Of a stretch of 40,621 bases of DNA, positions 24,758-33,384 are shown in pieces. A program made the translations under genes and the position numbers. The stretch lies in the IMG/VR virus record IMGVR_UViG_3300017658_000006, positions 1 to 40,621 of that record. The stretch is one strand, 5' to 3'. The DNA comes from a virus (taxonomy: Duplodnaviria > Caudoviricetes). Every line of letters starts with the position of its first letter. The first letter of the stretch is position 1. Below the pieces are notes generated by a model. It made no database searches. It saw only the letters and a list, made by a program, of their open reading frames with translations, and was not told the DNA's origin.

Positions 24758-24964
24758 TCACTTCTCCTTGTCGATATCCAAGCCCATCGCCTTCAGCCAC
24801 TTGACACGAGGCGCAATCACCTCGGCATGGGCTGGCTTGTGGCGGTCGCATGTCTTCAATGGGCCGGTAGATCGCCATTCCGGGCCAAGCTCGCACCGCC
24901 CGAAGCCGTGCTTCGCAAGCGGGGCACCTTTCAGCTTCCACCGGGCGCAGGTCGTGCAGTTCAT
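24758..24964 (-). CDS. Small Cys-rich protein
   Basis: MNCTTCARW..GRC..C; ATGA overlap with the helicase stop. Confidence 0.6.
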   Translation of the reverse strand: MNCTTCARWKLKGAPLAKHGFGRCELGPEWRSTGPLKTCDRHKPAHAEVIAPRVKWLKAMGLDIDKEK

Positions 24965-26793
24965 GCATAGCCGCCCTCGTACTCCGGCTCGCCCCCGAAC
25001 TTGACGTAGTTCAAGGTGCGCAGCGCGCGCTTCTGCGCTCGGTACTGCATCGAGCCCTTGTTGAACCAGAGGCTCAGGCTGTAGTTCTGGGTGTCGCCGT
25101 TGCGCTGCTTCTTCAGTTCCAGCCGGGCATCGGGCTTTTCCTGCGCCTCGACCCACTTGGCATGTGCCTCTACATCGGAAGGACTCGGCTCGGCTTCGTC
25201 CTTCTGCGCCCGCCACACCGTGAACACGTTGTCAGCGCCGTCCGTGATCTTGGAAGACCCAGCAACGTCCATCTTCCCGGGGCCGCTCGACTCGTCCTTG
25301 CCCTTGCGCGGGTGAGCGACGAGGTGAACATGCGCGCCGGTCTTCTTTGCGAAGTCACACATCGCCCGGATGGCTTCCTTCTGGGCAGTGATGGCGCCAG
25401 CGCCGTCCTCGGGCACGTCGGTCATCATCAAAGAGTCGATGACGAAGTGGCGCACGCCATAGCGCTTGACCGCATAGGCGAACACTTCCAGCAGTCTCTT
25501 GACGGTGGCGCTACCGACTTGGTTGAACACCCAGAAGCGTTCGTCGAGCCAGTCGAACACCGCGTCGATGTATTGCTGCGTCGGACGGTCATGGCCGGTG
25601 GCCTGCTTCACCATGCGCTTGAGCAGGTATTCCGGCGTCATCTCTCCCGAGAACACCATGAACCGCTCGCCCTGGGCCATCAGGCCGAGTTGCACCTGAG
25701 ACAGCAGCAGGCTCTTGCCGTGGCCGTTGTATCCCGTCCAGACGGTCAGCTCCCCGGGCCGGAACTCGAACCATTCGAGGTCATGATCCAGCCGAAGAAC
25801 GGGGTCATGGTGCTCCCCGTGTGCGGGATAGAACATCGACTTGACCCGGTTCAGAAAGTCTCCAGCGGACTTCATTTCCTCGGGGTCCATGCTCTTCGCG
25901 GTGTTTGCCGCGGCCTTGAAGTCTTCCGGGGTAGCGCCGTTCGTCAACCACTCGTTGGCATCCTTGGCCTTCATCTGCATGCGCTTGCAGCGCTCCAGAC
26001 CGAGCCGCTTCATGACTTCCACCGCGCCTTTGTCGCCGGCTTCGTCATGGTCGAACGCGATGATGATTTCGCTGAACCGCTCCAGTCGGTCCCAATCGCT
26101 TTCGATCCACTGGTGATTGCCTGCCCCAGCATTGACCGACACAGCGGGAAGGCCCGCCTGCCACAGCGTCATGGCGTCAATCTCGCCCTCGGCAATGACA
26201 ATCCGGCGCTCGTTCGGCTGGATCAGGTGCCAGCCGAATAGGCACGGCTCGGCGTCCTTTTCCTGGCCCATGCCCTTTTTGTCGGCCGGGTCGCGGTACT
26301 TGGCATTGATGTACTCGCCGTCGCGCAGGTACGGGAACAATGCCCACGCCCTGCCCTGGCGCTGCACCTCGCGGACCTTGAAAGCCTCGATGGTCATGTC
26401 ATCGATGCCACGGCCGTTCAGCCACTCCCGAACAGGGCCAACCGGGGTCACGGTCTTGGTCGGCTTCGCCGGCCGGGTGTAGTGCTTCGGCGCGCGCTCG
26501 GGCATCGTGTCGCGGATGCCGAGATACGCCTTGGCCTCTGTCATGGCTTCCGGCAGGCTTACGCCCCGAACGGCCATCCACAGATCCAGCAAGTCGCCGC
26601 CGGCACCGCTGGCGAAGTCCTTCCAGACCCCAGCCTTGGCGCCAGTCAGCCGGATTGACAAGGACTGTCCGGCGTCACCCGACACGTTGCCAGCCTTCCA
26701 CTCGCCGGCCGACTTTTTTCCCTTCGGCAGAAGGTGCGATGCAATGTCAGCGGCATGCTCTGCCATGCGTTCGCTCAATTCGTGGGCGTTCAT
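24961..26793 (-). CDS. TOPRIM primase-SF4 helicase fusion (T7 gp4/Twinkle-like)
   Basis: EGEID, FDHDEAG, KDANE TOPRIM motifs; GYNGHGKS Walker A; VIDSL; LVAHPRK. Confidence 0.93.
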   Translation of the reverse strand: MNAHELSERMAEHAADIASHLLPKGKKSAGEWKAGNVSGDAGQSLSIRLTGAKAGVWKDFASGAGGDLLDLWMAVRGVSLPEAMTEAKAYLGIRDTMPERAPKHYTRPAKPTKTVTPVGPVREWLNGRGIDDMTIEAFKVREVQRQGRAWALFPYLRDGEYINAKYRDPADKKGMGQEKDAEPCLFGWHLIQPNERRIVIAEGEIDAMTLWQAGLPAVSVNAGAGNHQWIESDWDRLERFSEIIIAFDHDEAGDKGAVEVMKRLGLERCKRMQMKAKDANEWLTNGATPEDFKAAANTAKSMDPEEMKSAGDFLNRVKSMFYPAHGEHHDPVLRLDHDLEWFEFRPGELTVWTGYNGHGKSLLLSQVQLGLMAQGERFMVFSGEMTPEYLLKRMVKQATGHDRPTQQYIDAVFDWLDERFWVFNQVGSATVKRLLEVFAYAVKRYGVRHFVIDSLMMTDVPEDGAGAITAQKEAIRAMCDFAKKTGAHVHLVAHPRKGKDESSGPGKMDVAGSSKITDGADNVFTVWRAQKDEAEPSPSDVEAHAKWVEAQEKPDARLELKKQRNGDTQNYSLSLWFNKGSMQYRAQKRALRTLNYVKFGGEPEYEGGYA

Positions 26794-27740
26794 GCCGGCA
26801 CCTCTGCGATCCTGCGGCCGTCACGGAACTGGCTAGCCGTGCTGGGCGTGCAACCGAAATTGCGGGCTTCGTCCTCGTTGTCGAAGCCGGTTCCGGCGAG
26901 CCATCCTGAATCCGAACGGCGAGCGCTGACGCCGACCTCATCCTCCCAACGCTTCGCGTTCAGCCAGGACGCGGCGTGCGGGATGAACTGCCCACCATCC
27001 TTGAGCCAGTTCGCCGAGCGTGACTGCACCTTCACCGCCTCGAAGATCGCCCCATGCAACGACACCGGCACCTTGACCCAAGCCTTCATGGCATTGGCCT
27101 TCGCGGTGTGTCGCGGGTACAGAGCCCAGAAGTCGTCGAACCCGGCCGGAGCCCCCCCTTGGGGGGGTTGGGGGGTATTACTCTCTTCTCTTCTCTTCTC
27201 TTCTCTGCGGTCACGCGTTACGTCACTTTTTACGTCACGCGTTACGTCACGCGTTACGTCACTTTCAAGTGACTTTTTCCGGTCCCGATACTCCCTCTGG
27301 CGCTGCGCCGCAGACTTGGCTCCAGCGGACCTTTCCCTCCCGGAAGTGTTGTATTCATTGAAGTTTGGCAGCTCCAGGCCATCTCGTTCGGCGTCGTGCC
27401 GGACCCACCCAATCTCCTCCAGGGCGGCTCCGAACCCCGGCACTTGAACCACGTCATCGATGTCTCGGACACACAAGGAACCGATGAATTCGTCACGCGC
27501 GTGCTCGTTCGCATAACCCCAAAACCGCAACAGTGCGCACACCGTTACGTAACGCGTTACGCGTAACGATGATTGAAAGTCACGCTCGGAATCTGCGTCA
27601 CTCCCACCGATTGCGGGACTGAAACCTGCCATCGTTGACCAGTCCTGATACTCGCCATTGCGCGCCAGGGACTGAGCAATCGCGAGAACCTTGGGGTGCG
27701 TCACCAGATTGACGCGCATCTTGATCCACTCGCCAGCCAT
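26790..27740 (-). CDS. Replication initiator (lambda O-like)
   Basis: MAGEWIKM N-terminus; FDDFWALYPR..FIPHAASWLNAKRWED; internal iterons. Confidence 0.88.
   Translation of the reverse strand: MAGEWIKMRVNLVTHPKVLAIAQSLARNGEYQDWSTMAGFSPAIGGSDADSERDFQSSLRVTRYVTVCALLRFWGYANEHARDEFIGSLCVRDIDDVVQVPGFGAALEEIGWVRHDAERDGLELPNFNEYNTSGRERSAGAKSAAQRQREYRDRKKSLESDVTRDVTRDVKSDVTRDRREEKRREESNTPQPPQGGAPAGFDDFWALYPRHTAKANAMKAWVKVPVSLHGAIFEAVKVQSRSANWLKDGGQFIPHAASWLNAKRWEDEVGVSARRSDSGWLAGTGFDNEDEARNFGCTPSTASQFRDGRRIAEVPA
27181..27273. repeat. Origin iterons and adjacent (CTCTT)n tract
   Basis: 12-bp GTCACGCGTTAC units in tandem from 27210 (3 perfect, 1 variant, 1 partial). Confidence 0.85.
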
Positions 27741-27847
27741 TACATGGACCTCAGCCGAAAAATCTTGAAAGCCATAGTCACGACCCATGCAGGCATCCAC
27801 CCGGCGCAGTACGCGCCCATGACGAATTGCTTGAGGGCCGTGCGCAT
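27740..27847 (-). CDS. Small hypothetical protein (35 aa)
   Basis: MRTALKQFVMGAYCAGW..; TGATG and TAATG coupling. Confidence 0.55.
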   Translation of the reverse strand: MRTALKQFVMGAYCAGWMPAWVVTMAFKIFRLRSM

Positions 27848-28149
27848 CAGATGCCCCGCTCCGCTTGGAGCTTCTGCCCGTACCAATCGGGCCGGGAAGC
27901 CACCAAATCCGCCACCTGACGGGCTTTCGCGCGAGCACGGTCCCGGTAGTACGTCGCCATGTCCGCGTGGTTCTTGGACGCCTCGTGGTCGGCCTCGATC
28001 TCGGCGTTCAGGCGCTTGATGGCAGATTCGCGCTCGGCCTCGGCCTGGCTGTAGACGTGAAACTTCTTGGGCTCCAGCGACTTCACCTTCGCCGGTGGTC
28101 GCATGGATGCCAGAACGATGCTCGGGCCGGTGGTGTTCCAGGGGTTCAT
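27847..28149 (-). CDS. Hypothetical protein
   Basis: Coupled to neighbours, GGAGG-like RBS. Confidence 0.7.
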   Translation of the reverse strand: MNPWNTTGPSIVLASMRPPAKVKSLEPKKFHVYSQAEAERESAIKRLNAEIEADHEASKNHADMATYYRDRARAKARQVADLVASRPDWYGQKLQAERGI

Positions 28150-28526
28150 GCCGCCAACCTCAGAAGATCAATCTGCTGCTGCAACTCACGAATCTGAGCG
28201 TCTTTGCTCTTGTCCACGAGATCGCAGTTCAATCGCCACGCCTCGTACTGCACGGGCGCCCGGTTGCCGCACAGTTCCATGAGGGCAACACGCTTGTTGG
28301 CGGGGAAGTTGCCACGGCCCTTACGGAGCCGAGAGAAGTGCCCTTTGTCGATGCCCAAGGTGTCGCGGATGCACTCATCGCTCAGGTTCGATAGGTTCAT
28401 GCACAGGTTCAGCGCGGCCAGCTCGTCCTTGCATGCCTTGACGAACTCCATCGGAACGTCCGCCGGCTTGCGCATTTCCGCCAGCACCGGAAGTTCACGT
28501 TGCGAATGGTTGAGAAAGGTTGACAT
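28146..28526 (-). CDS. HTH regulator (CII-position)
   Basis: IRDTLGIDKGHFSRLRKG HTH. Confidence 0.75.
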   Translation of the reverse strand: MSTFLNHSQRELPVLAEMRKPADVPMEFVKACKDELAALNLCMNLSNLSDECIRDTLGIDKGHFSRLRKGRGNFPANKRVALMELCGNRAPVQYEAWRLNCDLVDKSKDAQIRELQQQIDLLRLAA

Positions 28527-28585
28527 CGGTTGACTTCGGATTTGTCGAAATAAAAAAGACCATTGGTCCCATGCAGACCGCTTAC

Positions 28586-28780
28586 TCAGCCGCCCTCAGC
28601 GCCCTCGCCCCACTGCTCACGCATGCCCGCGAACGCCTCGTAAGCGAAGCCGTACAGAGCACCAGCGAACGTCACAGCCAGGCCAGCCATGAACACGTCC
28701 TCACCAATCCAGGCGAGGCAGCCGAAGACACCAGCACCGAAGGCGCAGATGAAGCCAGCGAGGGAATCGGCGGGGTCCAT
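28586..28780 (-). CDS. Small two-TM protein
   Basis: Two hydrophobic segments. Confidence 0.6.
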   Translation of the reverse strand: MDPADSLAGFICAFGAGVFGCLAWIGEDVFMAGLAVTFAGALYGFAYEAFAGMREQWGEGAEGG

Positions 28781-29002
28781 TCAGGCTCCTTGGATGACGG
28801 CATCGAGCACGTCGCGCGGCATGGCGGACGTGATCCAGAAGCCGGCAGCGTTGACGCTCATGCCCTTGGCCAGCATTTCGGCTTCGGTCAGGCAGCGACG
28901 GTCCTTGCCGTGCTCGCCAGTGCGATGCTTCTCGAAAGCGAACGTGCTGTTGAAGAACTGCTTGCAGCCCTGGCACTGGTTGCGGTCGCCGGTCAGTCGC
29001 AT
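28781..29002 (-). CDS. Small zinc-binding protein
   Basis: CQGC..F.STFAFEKHRTG..RRC. Confidence 0.75.
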   Translation of the reverse strand: MRLTGDRNQCQGCKQFFNSTFAFEKHRTGEHGKDRRCLTEAEMLAKGMSVNAAGFWITSAMPRDVLDAVIQGA

Positions 29003-29270
29003 GCCTCACCCCTCCACCACAGAGAAAGATGTGTTGACCCGCTCCCTCTGGAAAGGGCACTTGGGGCAGGAGTAGTTGCCGCAGACGTACCGGGGACGGT
29101 TCCATGTCCCGGTGTTGCGGATCGCACTGCCGCAGTCGTCGCAGTGCTGCAGTACTTCGCTTTGGCGGCTGCCGGCGTAGATGCCGGTGCTGGGGGTCAG
29201 GAGGTGGGGTGCCCGCCCCTCCCGGGGCAGAATGGCGCCACCACAGCAACCATCCCCAGGAGGGGCAGAC

Positions 29271-29501
29271 ATGACAAGATTGACGGCCGGAATGAGCGTG
29301 CAGGTCGAGGACATCGCCCATTGGCGAGTGACCTGCAACGAGGTGGTTTCGGGGGCGGAGACAGTGAGCTTCACAGTGGTCATCCGCCGAAAAGAGAACG
29401 CCACAGTGGGCGACGTACAGGTCTTTGCGATGCGCCGAGCGATGGAGCTTCTGGAAGCGACGATTCAGTCGGCCAGTCCTCCCGGAACACATCCAGCTTG
29501 A
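29271..29501 (+). CDS. Hypothetical protein antisense to the PR operon (76 aa)
   Basis: AGGAGG RBS, globular-protein-like sequence. Confidence 0.55.
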   Translation: MTRLTAGMSVQVEDIAHWRVTCNEVVSGAETVSFTVVIRRKENATVGDVQVFAMRRAMELLEATIQSASPPGTHPA

Positions 29502-29664
29502 CGGGCACGGGCGAGTTCAGCGGGAAGCACCACACGTCCTGTCGCGACTCCCGATTCGTGAATCGGCGGCACATCGCCAGCCTCTCGCTGGTGGTAGAGC
29601 GCATCCACTCACGGCGCACGGTGGTCGTGGTGGTTTCCCAGCGGATGGGGGAGGCGTACTCCAT
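29380..29664 (-). CDS. Hypothetical protein after cro
   Basis: GGAGG RBS; starts 1 nt after the cro stop. Confidence 0.45.
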   Translation of the reverse strand: MEYASPIRWETTTTTVRREWMRSTTSERLAMCRRFTNRESRQDVWCFPLNSPVPVKLDVFREDWPTESSLPEAPSLGASQRPVRRPLWRSLFGG

Positions 29665-29665
29665 C

Positions 29666-29908
29666 TCACACCTCCCTCTCGGCCAGCTCTGCGGGGGTGG
29701 GGGTGGCGAGTTCAGGCCAGATCAGGTGCCAGTCGTCGGGGCGGAGGTCCTGCAGCAGCGCATGCGGGTCGGCCGTATGGATCTGCTTCGCCAGTGCAGG
29801 GCTGGCGCGCTTGAGGCCGCGCATGATCTGGTAGAGGTATTGCTCCTCGACTTCGACTTGCTGCGCGATTTCCCGGCGCCGCTCGGGTGTGTAGACGGGA
29901 AGTGCCAT
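29666..29908 (-). CDS. cro: Cro/YdaS-like repressor
   Basis: YLYQIMRG..ASPALA..DLRPDDWHLIWPELA; divergent from cI. Confidence 0.85.
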   Translation of the reverse strand: MALPVYTPERRREIAQQVEVEEQYLYQIMRGLKRASPALAKQIHTADPHALLQDLRPDDWHLIWPELATPTPAELAEREV

Positions 29909-29916
29909 GACGCGTA

Positions 29917-29980
29917 AGTCTAGCCGTCGGCTAGCTTTTGTCAAGCGTGTGGCTAGGTTTTTGGTCTAGCCGTTTGCTTG
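29917..29980. promoter_or_regulatory. PR promoter and three OR operators
   Basis: Minus-strand TTGACA-16-TAGACT; CTAGC-N5-GCTAG-like sites at 29920, 29942 and 29966. Confidence 0.85.
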
Positions 29981-29989
29981 AATCAGCGC

Positions 29990-30679
29990 ATGGCAGCAGA
30001 AGAAAACAGACTCGCCCACTTGCGGGCTCTAGTCGAGGCCGAGGCCCAAGCGGCCGGCGGGAACTTGCGCGCCGGCTACCGCGCCATCGCAACAGCGACA
30101 GGCCTGAAAGAGGAGTACATCTACCAGCTCTACAAGGGCATCAAACCGACCGTTGGCAAGGGTGCCGCCGTCGCCATCAGCAGGGCGTATGCCAATGGAC
30201 GAGATGATGGGTGGATGGACCTTCCTCCTGGCGGCGCAGTCGCTCTGGAGGGCGATGTGCGACTCCCCTACTACGAAGCCGGCGGGTCAATGGGGAAAGG
30301 CCTGATCCTCCAAGGCGATCAGCCGGGCATCATTCGTAACATGTCCGTTACAAGAGAGTGGGCGCAGAAGAACCTCAAAAGCCACTCCGGCCTTGCAAAC
30401 CTCTGCCTTGTGACCGGGTTCGGGGACTCAATGAAGCCCATGTTCAACCCCGGCGATCCGCTCATCGTGGATGTTGGCGTCAAGTCCTGCGAGGTCGATG
30501 CGGTCTACTTTTTCAGGGTTGACAATGATGGCTTCATCAAGCGACTGCAGCGCGTCCCCGGTGAAGGCATCTGGGCCATCTCTGCCAACAAGGACTACAA
30601 GGACTGGCTGATCAAGAAGGATGCCGACTTCGAGGTTTTCGGCCGCGTCATCAAGGCCTGGAAAGGCGACGATCTGTAG
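29990..30679 (+). CDS. cI: CI-like repressor with S24 peptidase domain
   Basis: N-terminal HTH; AG cleavage site; GDSMKP..PGD; FIKRLQ. Confidence 0.93.
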   Translation: MAAEENRLAHLRALVEAEAQAAGGNLRAGYRAIATATGLKEEYIYQLYKGIKPTVGKGAAVAISRAYANGRDDGWMDLPPGGAVALEGDVRLPYYEAGGSMGKGLILQGDQPGIIRNMSVTREWAQKNLKSHSGLANLCLVTGFGDSMKPMFNPGDPLIVDVGVKSCEVDAVYFFRVDNDGFIKRLQRVPGEGIWAISANKDYKDWLIKKDADFEVFGRVIKAWKGDDL

Positions 30680-30688
30680 GAGAGAGCA

Positions 30689-30964
30689 ATGAGAACGTTG
30701 CTGCTTATGGCTGGAGTGCTTCTGTTGCAAGGCTGCGTCGAGATGCGCCAAGCCAACTACCGCGCCCCAAGGGCCGATGAGCTTCCTCCTGGCGCCACTG
30801 TTCCGGCAGATCCGCCGCCGCGGGCCTACGTTCCACTGCCCACCGGGGAACAGCTGCGCGCTCAACAGCCGCAGCCGTACATGATGCCAGTGCAGCCAAA
30901 CCAGCGACCCCTCCAGACGACCTGCCATCGCTCCGGCAACCAAGTCAACTGCACCACCTATTGA
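30689..30964 (+). CDS. Pro-rich lipoprotein co-transcribed with cI
   Basis: Lipobox LLLQGC; TTCHRSGNQVNCTTY end. Confidence 0.8.
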   Translation: MRTLLLMAGVLLLQGCVEMRQANYRAPRADELPPGATVPADPPPRAYVPLPTGEQLRAQQPQPYMMPVQPNQRPLQTTCHRSGNQVNCTTY

Positions 30965-31113
30965 CGCCCTCGGCGGCTGGCCCGAGGCCGAAGTCCTGTT
31001 TAGGTGTGAGTGAGGTTCGTTGGGGGGAGTCAAATCCCCCGGATTCGGGGGAATTGGCAACTGGTGGAATCCCACCAGATTAAAACTGTCGAAATCGACA
31101 GAATTGGCGCCAG

Positions 31114-31515
31114 CTAGGGCTTCACCACCCCGTCAACGATCTTGTCCAGCCATGCCATGACTTTTGTGCCGATCGCAGCATGCAGGGAGTCAGCCTCCGG
31201 GTCCTTCGTGCTTTTGCTGGTGCTCCGCAACACCGCCAAAACCAAGACGGTCGGGACGGTGAATAGCGCGGCAAGCGTGGCGGCGACAACATGCCAGCTC
31301 GGCACTGATAGCCCGAGCGGCGCAGGCTGAGAAAAGGCGATGGCAAGGCAGACGCCAACGCCGTAGAGGATTGTGGCGACGGCAATGGCTCCGTATCCGG
31401 CAATCCGACGCAGATTCAGATCAAGAGCGAGCCCCGCACCAAATAGATCCACAGCCTCCTTCTTCGAGGCCTTGTCTGGCTCAAGCGGCTCAGGCTCAGG
31501 AAGCTCGTCTGACAA
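31114..31515 (-). CDS. Two-TM membrane protein, candidate Panacea-associated toxin (start uncertain)
   Basis: Overlaps the Panacea stop; two hydrophobic segments. Confidence 0.65.
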   Translation of the reverse strand: MSDELPEPEPLEPDKASKKEAVDLFGAGLALDLNLRRIAGYGAIAVATILYGVGVCLAIAFSQPAPLGLSVPSWHVVAATLAALFTVPTVLVLAVLRSTSKSTKDPEADSLHAAIGTKVMAWLDKIVDGVVKP

Positions 31516-31978
31516 GCTGGGGACGGTAGAAATCGGCAATTGACTGGTTCGAGATGTAGTCCATCCCGTCCTTCCTGGCCTGCGACCAAGGCCCGCCGTC
31601 CACATGCGACATGGTGGATAGCTGCGTTGCAGTGAAGCGGCTGTATCGGTCCCAAACTTGATCGACCAACGACCAGAACTGTGTGTCGTCCGGGCTGGGG
31701 GCCAGCGCCACTTCGCGGCCGGTCTTCGGATCAATCTCCTTGATGTAGCCCTCAATCGGGCGCGAACCGTTGGACTTCAGTTCGCTGTAGAGCGTGCTGA
31801 ACACGGGGCCATATGGCCACGCTTCCGGCTGTTCGGACACCAACGGCTTGTCATGCAGCGCCAGGTTCCAGGCGTGCAGGAAGAACACCAGCTTCTGCAG
31901 TTTGAGATGGGTGAGCTTCGCCCCGCTGCTGTTGGCTTTCTTCAGCAGCGCGTTTGCGACGACGCGAGGGCGGTACAT
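31496..31978 (-). CDS. Panacea (DUF4065/SocA-like) antitoxin
   Basis: VANALL..LTHLKLQKLVFF..EAWPYGPV..LSTMSH..GPW. Confidence 0.9.
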   Translation of the reverse strand: MYRPRVVANALLKKANSSGAKLTHLKLQKLVFFLHAWNLALHDKPLVSEQPEAWPYGPVFSTLYSELKSNGSRPIEGYIKEIDPKTGREVALAPSPDDTQFWSLVDQVWDRYSRFTATQLSTMSHVDGGPWSQARKDGMDYISNQSIADFYRPQLVRRAS

Positions 31979-32170
31979 AGGGTCAATTATGGGGGAACAA
32001 CTGCCAATTTCCAGGCGAGACCCCACGGAAGGTTCAGTCCTCCCCTGCCGCCCCCAGGCGGCTTTTCCACGCCCACCGTGCACTAGTACCACCCGGCGCT
32101 CCCGCGCCGCCATAGACTACATCCCGGCAGTCCCATCCTCGCGATGCTCCCATCCCTAGGACTGCCCTTC

Positions 32171-32198
32171 AGCCCACCCGTGCGGTGGGCTTTCTTTT
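32171..32198 (+). terminator. Intrinsic terminator
   Basis: AGCCCACC-CGTGC-GGTGGGCT followed by TTCTTTT. Confidence 0.75.
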
Positions 32199-32310
32199 GC
32201 CCGGTCAGTCCGTATCGAGGTCGTACTCCAGCTGCGTCTGCTTGATCACCCGGGCTACGTCTAGGCGGTAGTCGTCGCGCTGGGCTACTGACCGGCGGGT
32301 CATATATTTT

Positions 32311-32361
32311 CTAGCCTCCCTCTAGCTTAACGCTTGACTTTCGCTAGCTTATGGCTAGACT
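32311..32361 (+). promoter_or_regulatory. PL promoter and OL operators
   Basis: TTGACT-16-TAGACT; CTAGC-N5-GCTAG-like sites at 32311, 32322 and 32344. Confidence 0.85.
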
Positions 32362-32394
32362 CCACCCATCGCCCACCCCAAGGAGAGATGGCAG

Positions 32395-32595
32395 ATGGAC
32401 AAGGAACAGCACACGCCCGAGCAGCTTCGGCACTTCGAGCGATACGAGCGCGTCAGGCAAGGCGGTCGCTTCAACATGTTCGACCCGCGCGCCAGACAAC
32501 TGACGGGCCTCGACCGCGAGGAATATCTGTACGTGCTGGAGAACTACTCCTCGCTCAAGGCTGCGGTTGAGCACAAGGCCGGGGAGACCCTGTGA
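32395..32595 (+). CDS. Hypothetical protein, first PL gene
   Basis: AAGGAG RBS; VRQGGRFNMFD. Confidence 0.75.
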   Translation: MDKEQHTPEQLRHFERYERVRQGGRFNMFDPRARQLTGLDREEYLYVLENYSSLKAAVEHKAGETL

Positions 32596-32708
32596 TGGAC
32601 AAGCACCTCACCGCGCTGGACCGCGAGATCGCGCTGCTCAAGCGCGCCCAGAAGGACCACACGTTCGGGTGGCCTGTGATCACCCACCCCCAGGAGCCCC
32701 AGCGATGA
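32595..32708 (+). CDS. Small hypothetical protein (37 aa)
   Basis: TGATG and ATGA coupling. Confidence 0.55.
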   Translation: MDKHLTALDREIALLKRAQKDHTFGWPVITHPQEPQR

Positions 32709-32941
32709 AAACCTCCTACTTGGTCGCGGCCATGGGTGCAAAGCGCGGCGCACTCGTGCAGTGCTATGCGCGCTCTGCACCGCAAGCCGAGCGTGCCGTG
32801 CGGTCCATTGCGTTGGACGTGTTTCGGGAGGATGTCGAATGCCGCTGCATCGACACGGGAGCGCCTGCGGGCCTCTGGCTGGACGGTGATCCGTCGTACA
32901 TCCAGGCCGTTCTCGCCCACCCCCAGGAGGCGCGGTCGTGA
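32705..32941 (+). CDS. Hypothetical protein
   Basis: AGGAG RBS, coupling. Confidence 0.6.
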   Translation: MKTSYLVAAMGAKRGALVQCYARSAPQAERAVRSIALDVFREDVECRCIDTGAPAGLWLDGDPSYIQAVLAHPQEARS

Positions 32942-33384
32942 GCGCGGCGAACTGGGACCACAAGGACGTGTGGCACCGCAGAGGCACGGACTTCCTCATC
33001 GAGGTCAAGCGCCACAGCGAGCCGCAGTCGCAGGCCGATCGAGACATGGGCGTGTACTGCGAAGGCCCGCACCGCTGGTGCGTCTACGCCTACATCTACC
33101 CGAACCACCCGCACTTCGCGGCCTTCGAGGGTCCGCACATGTGGCAGGACGCGGCAACGCAGTTGCACCTCCACGGTGGCCCGTCGCTGCTGGAGTACCC
33201 GATGTACGACGGCAAGGTGACGTGCGTCAAGGTCGGCGCCGACTACCACCATCTGCACGATGAGCGGTTCACGCGATACGCCTCGCGGGAGGATGCATAC
33301 GAAGTGTTCGTCGATGCCGATGAGCTGTGGACGCAACTGCAGACCCGTGCCGACGAGGCCAAGGCTCAAGGGGCCTCCCGATGA
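32938..33384 (+). CDS. Hypothetical protein
   Basis: WCVYAYI..HP..HGG..VGADYHH; AGGAGG RBS. Confidence 0.75.
   Translation: MSAANWDHKDVWHRRGTDFLIEVKRHSEPQSQADRDMGVYCEGPHRWCVYAYIYPNHPHFAAFEGPHMWQDAATQLHLHGGPSLLEYPMYDGKVTCVKVGADYHHLHDERFTRYASREDAYEVFVDADELWTQLQTRADEAKAQGASR

Noticed and set aside
27210-27273. CRISPR-like array
   Set aside because: Tandem 12-mers without spacers inside the initiator gene are iterons; no cas genes
28520-29917. 465-aa plus-strand ORF
   Set aside because: Antisense to cro and several small genes; no recognisable domain
32205-32303. 32-aa minus-strand ORF beside OL
   Set aside because: No RBS or homology evidence; not supportable from sequence alone
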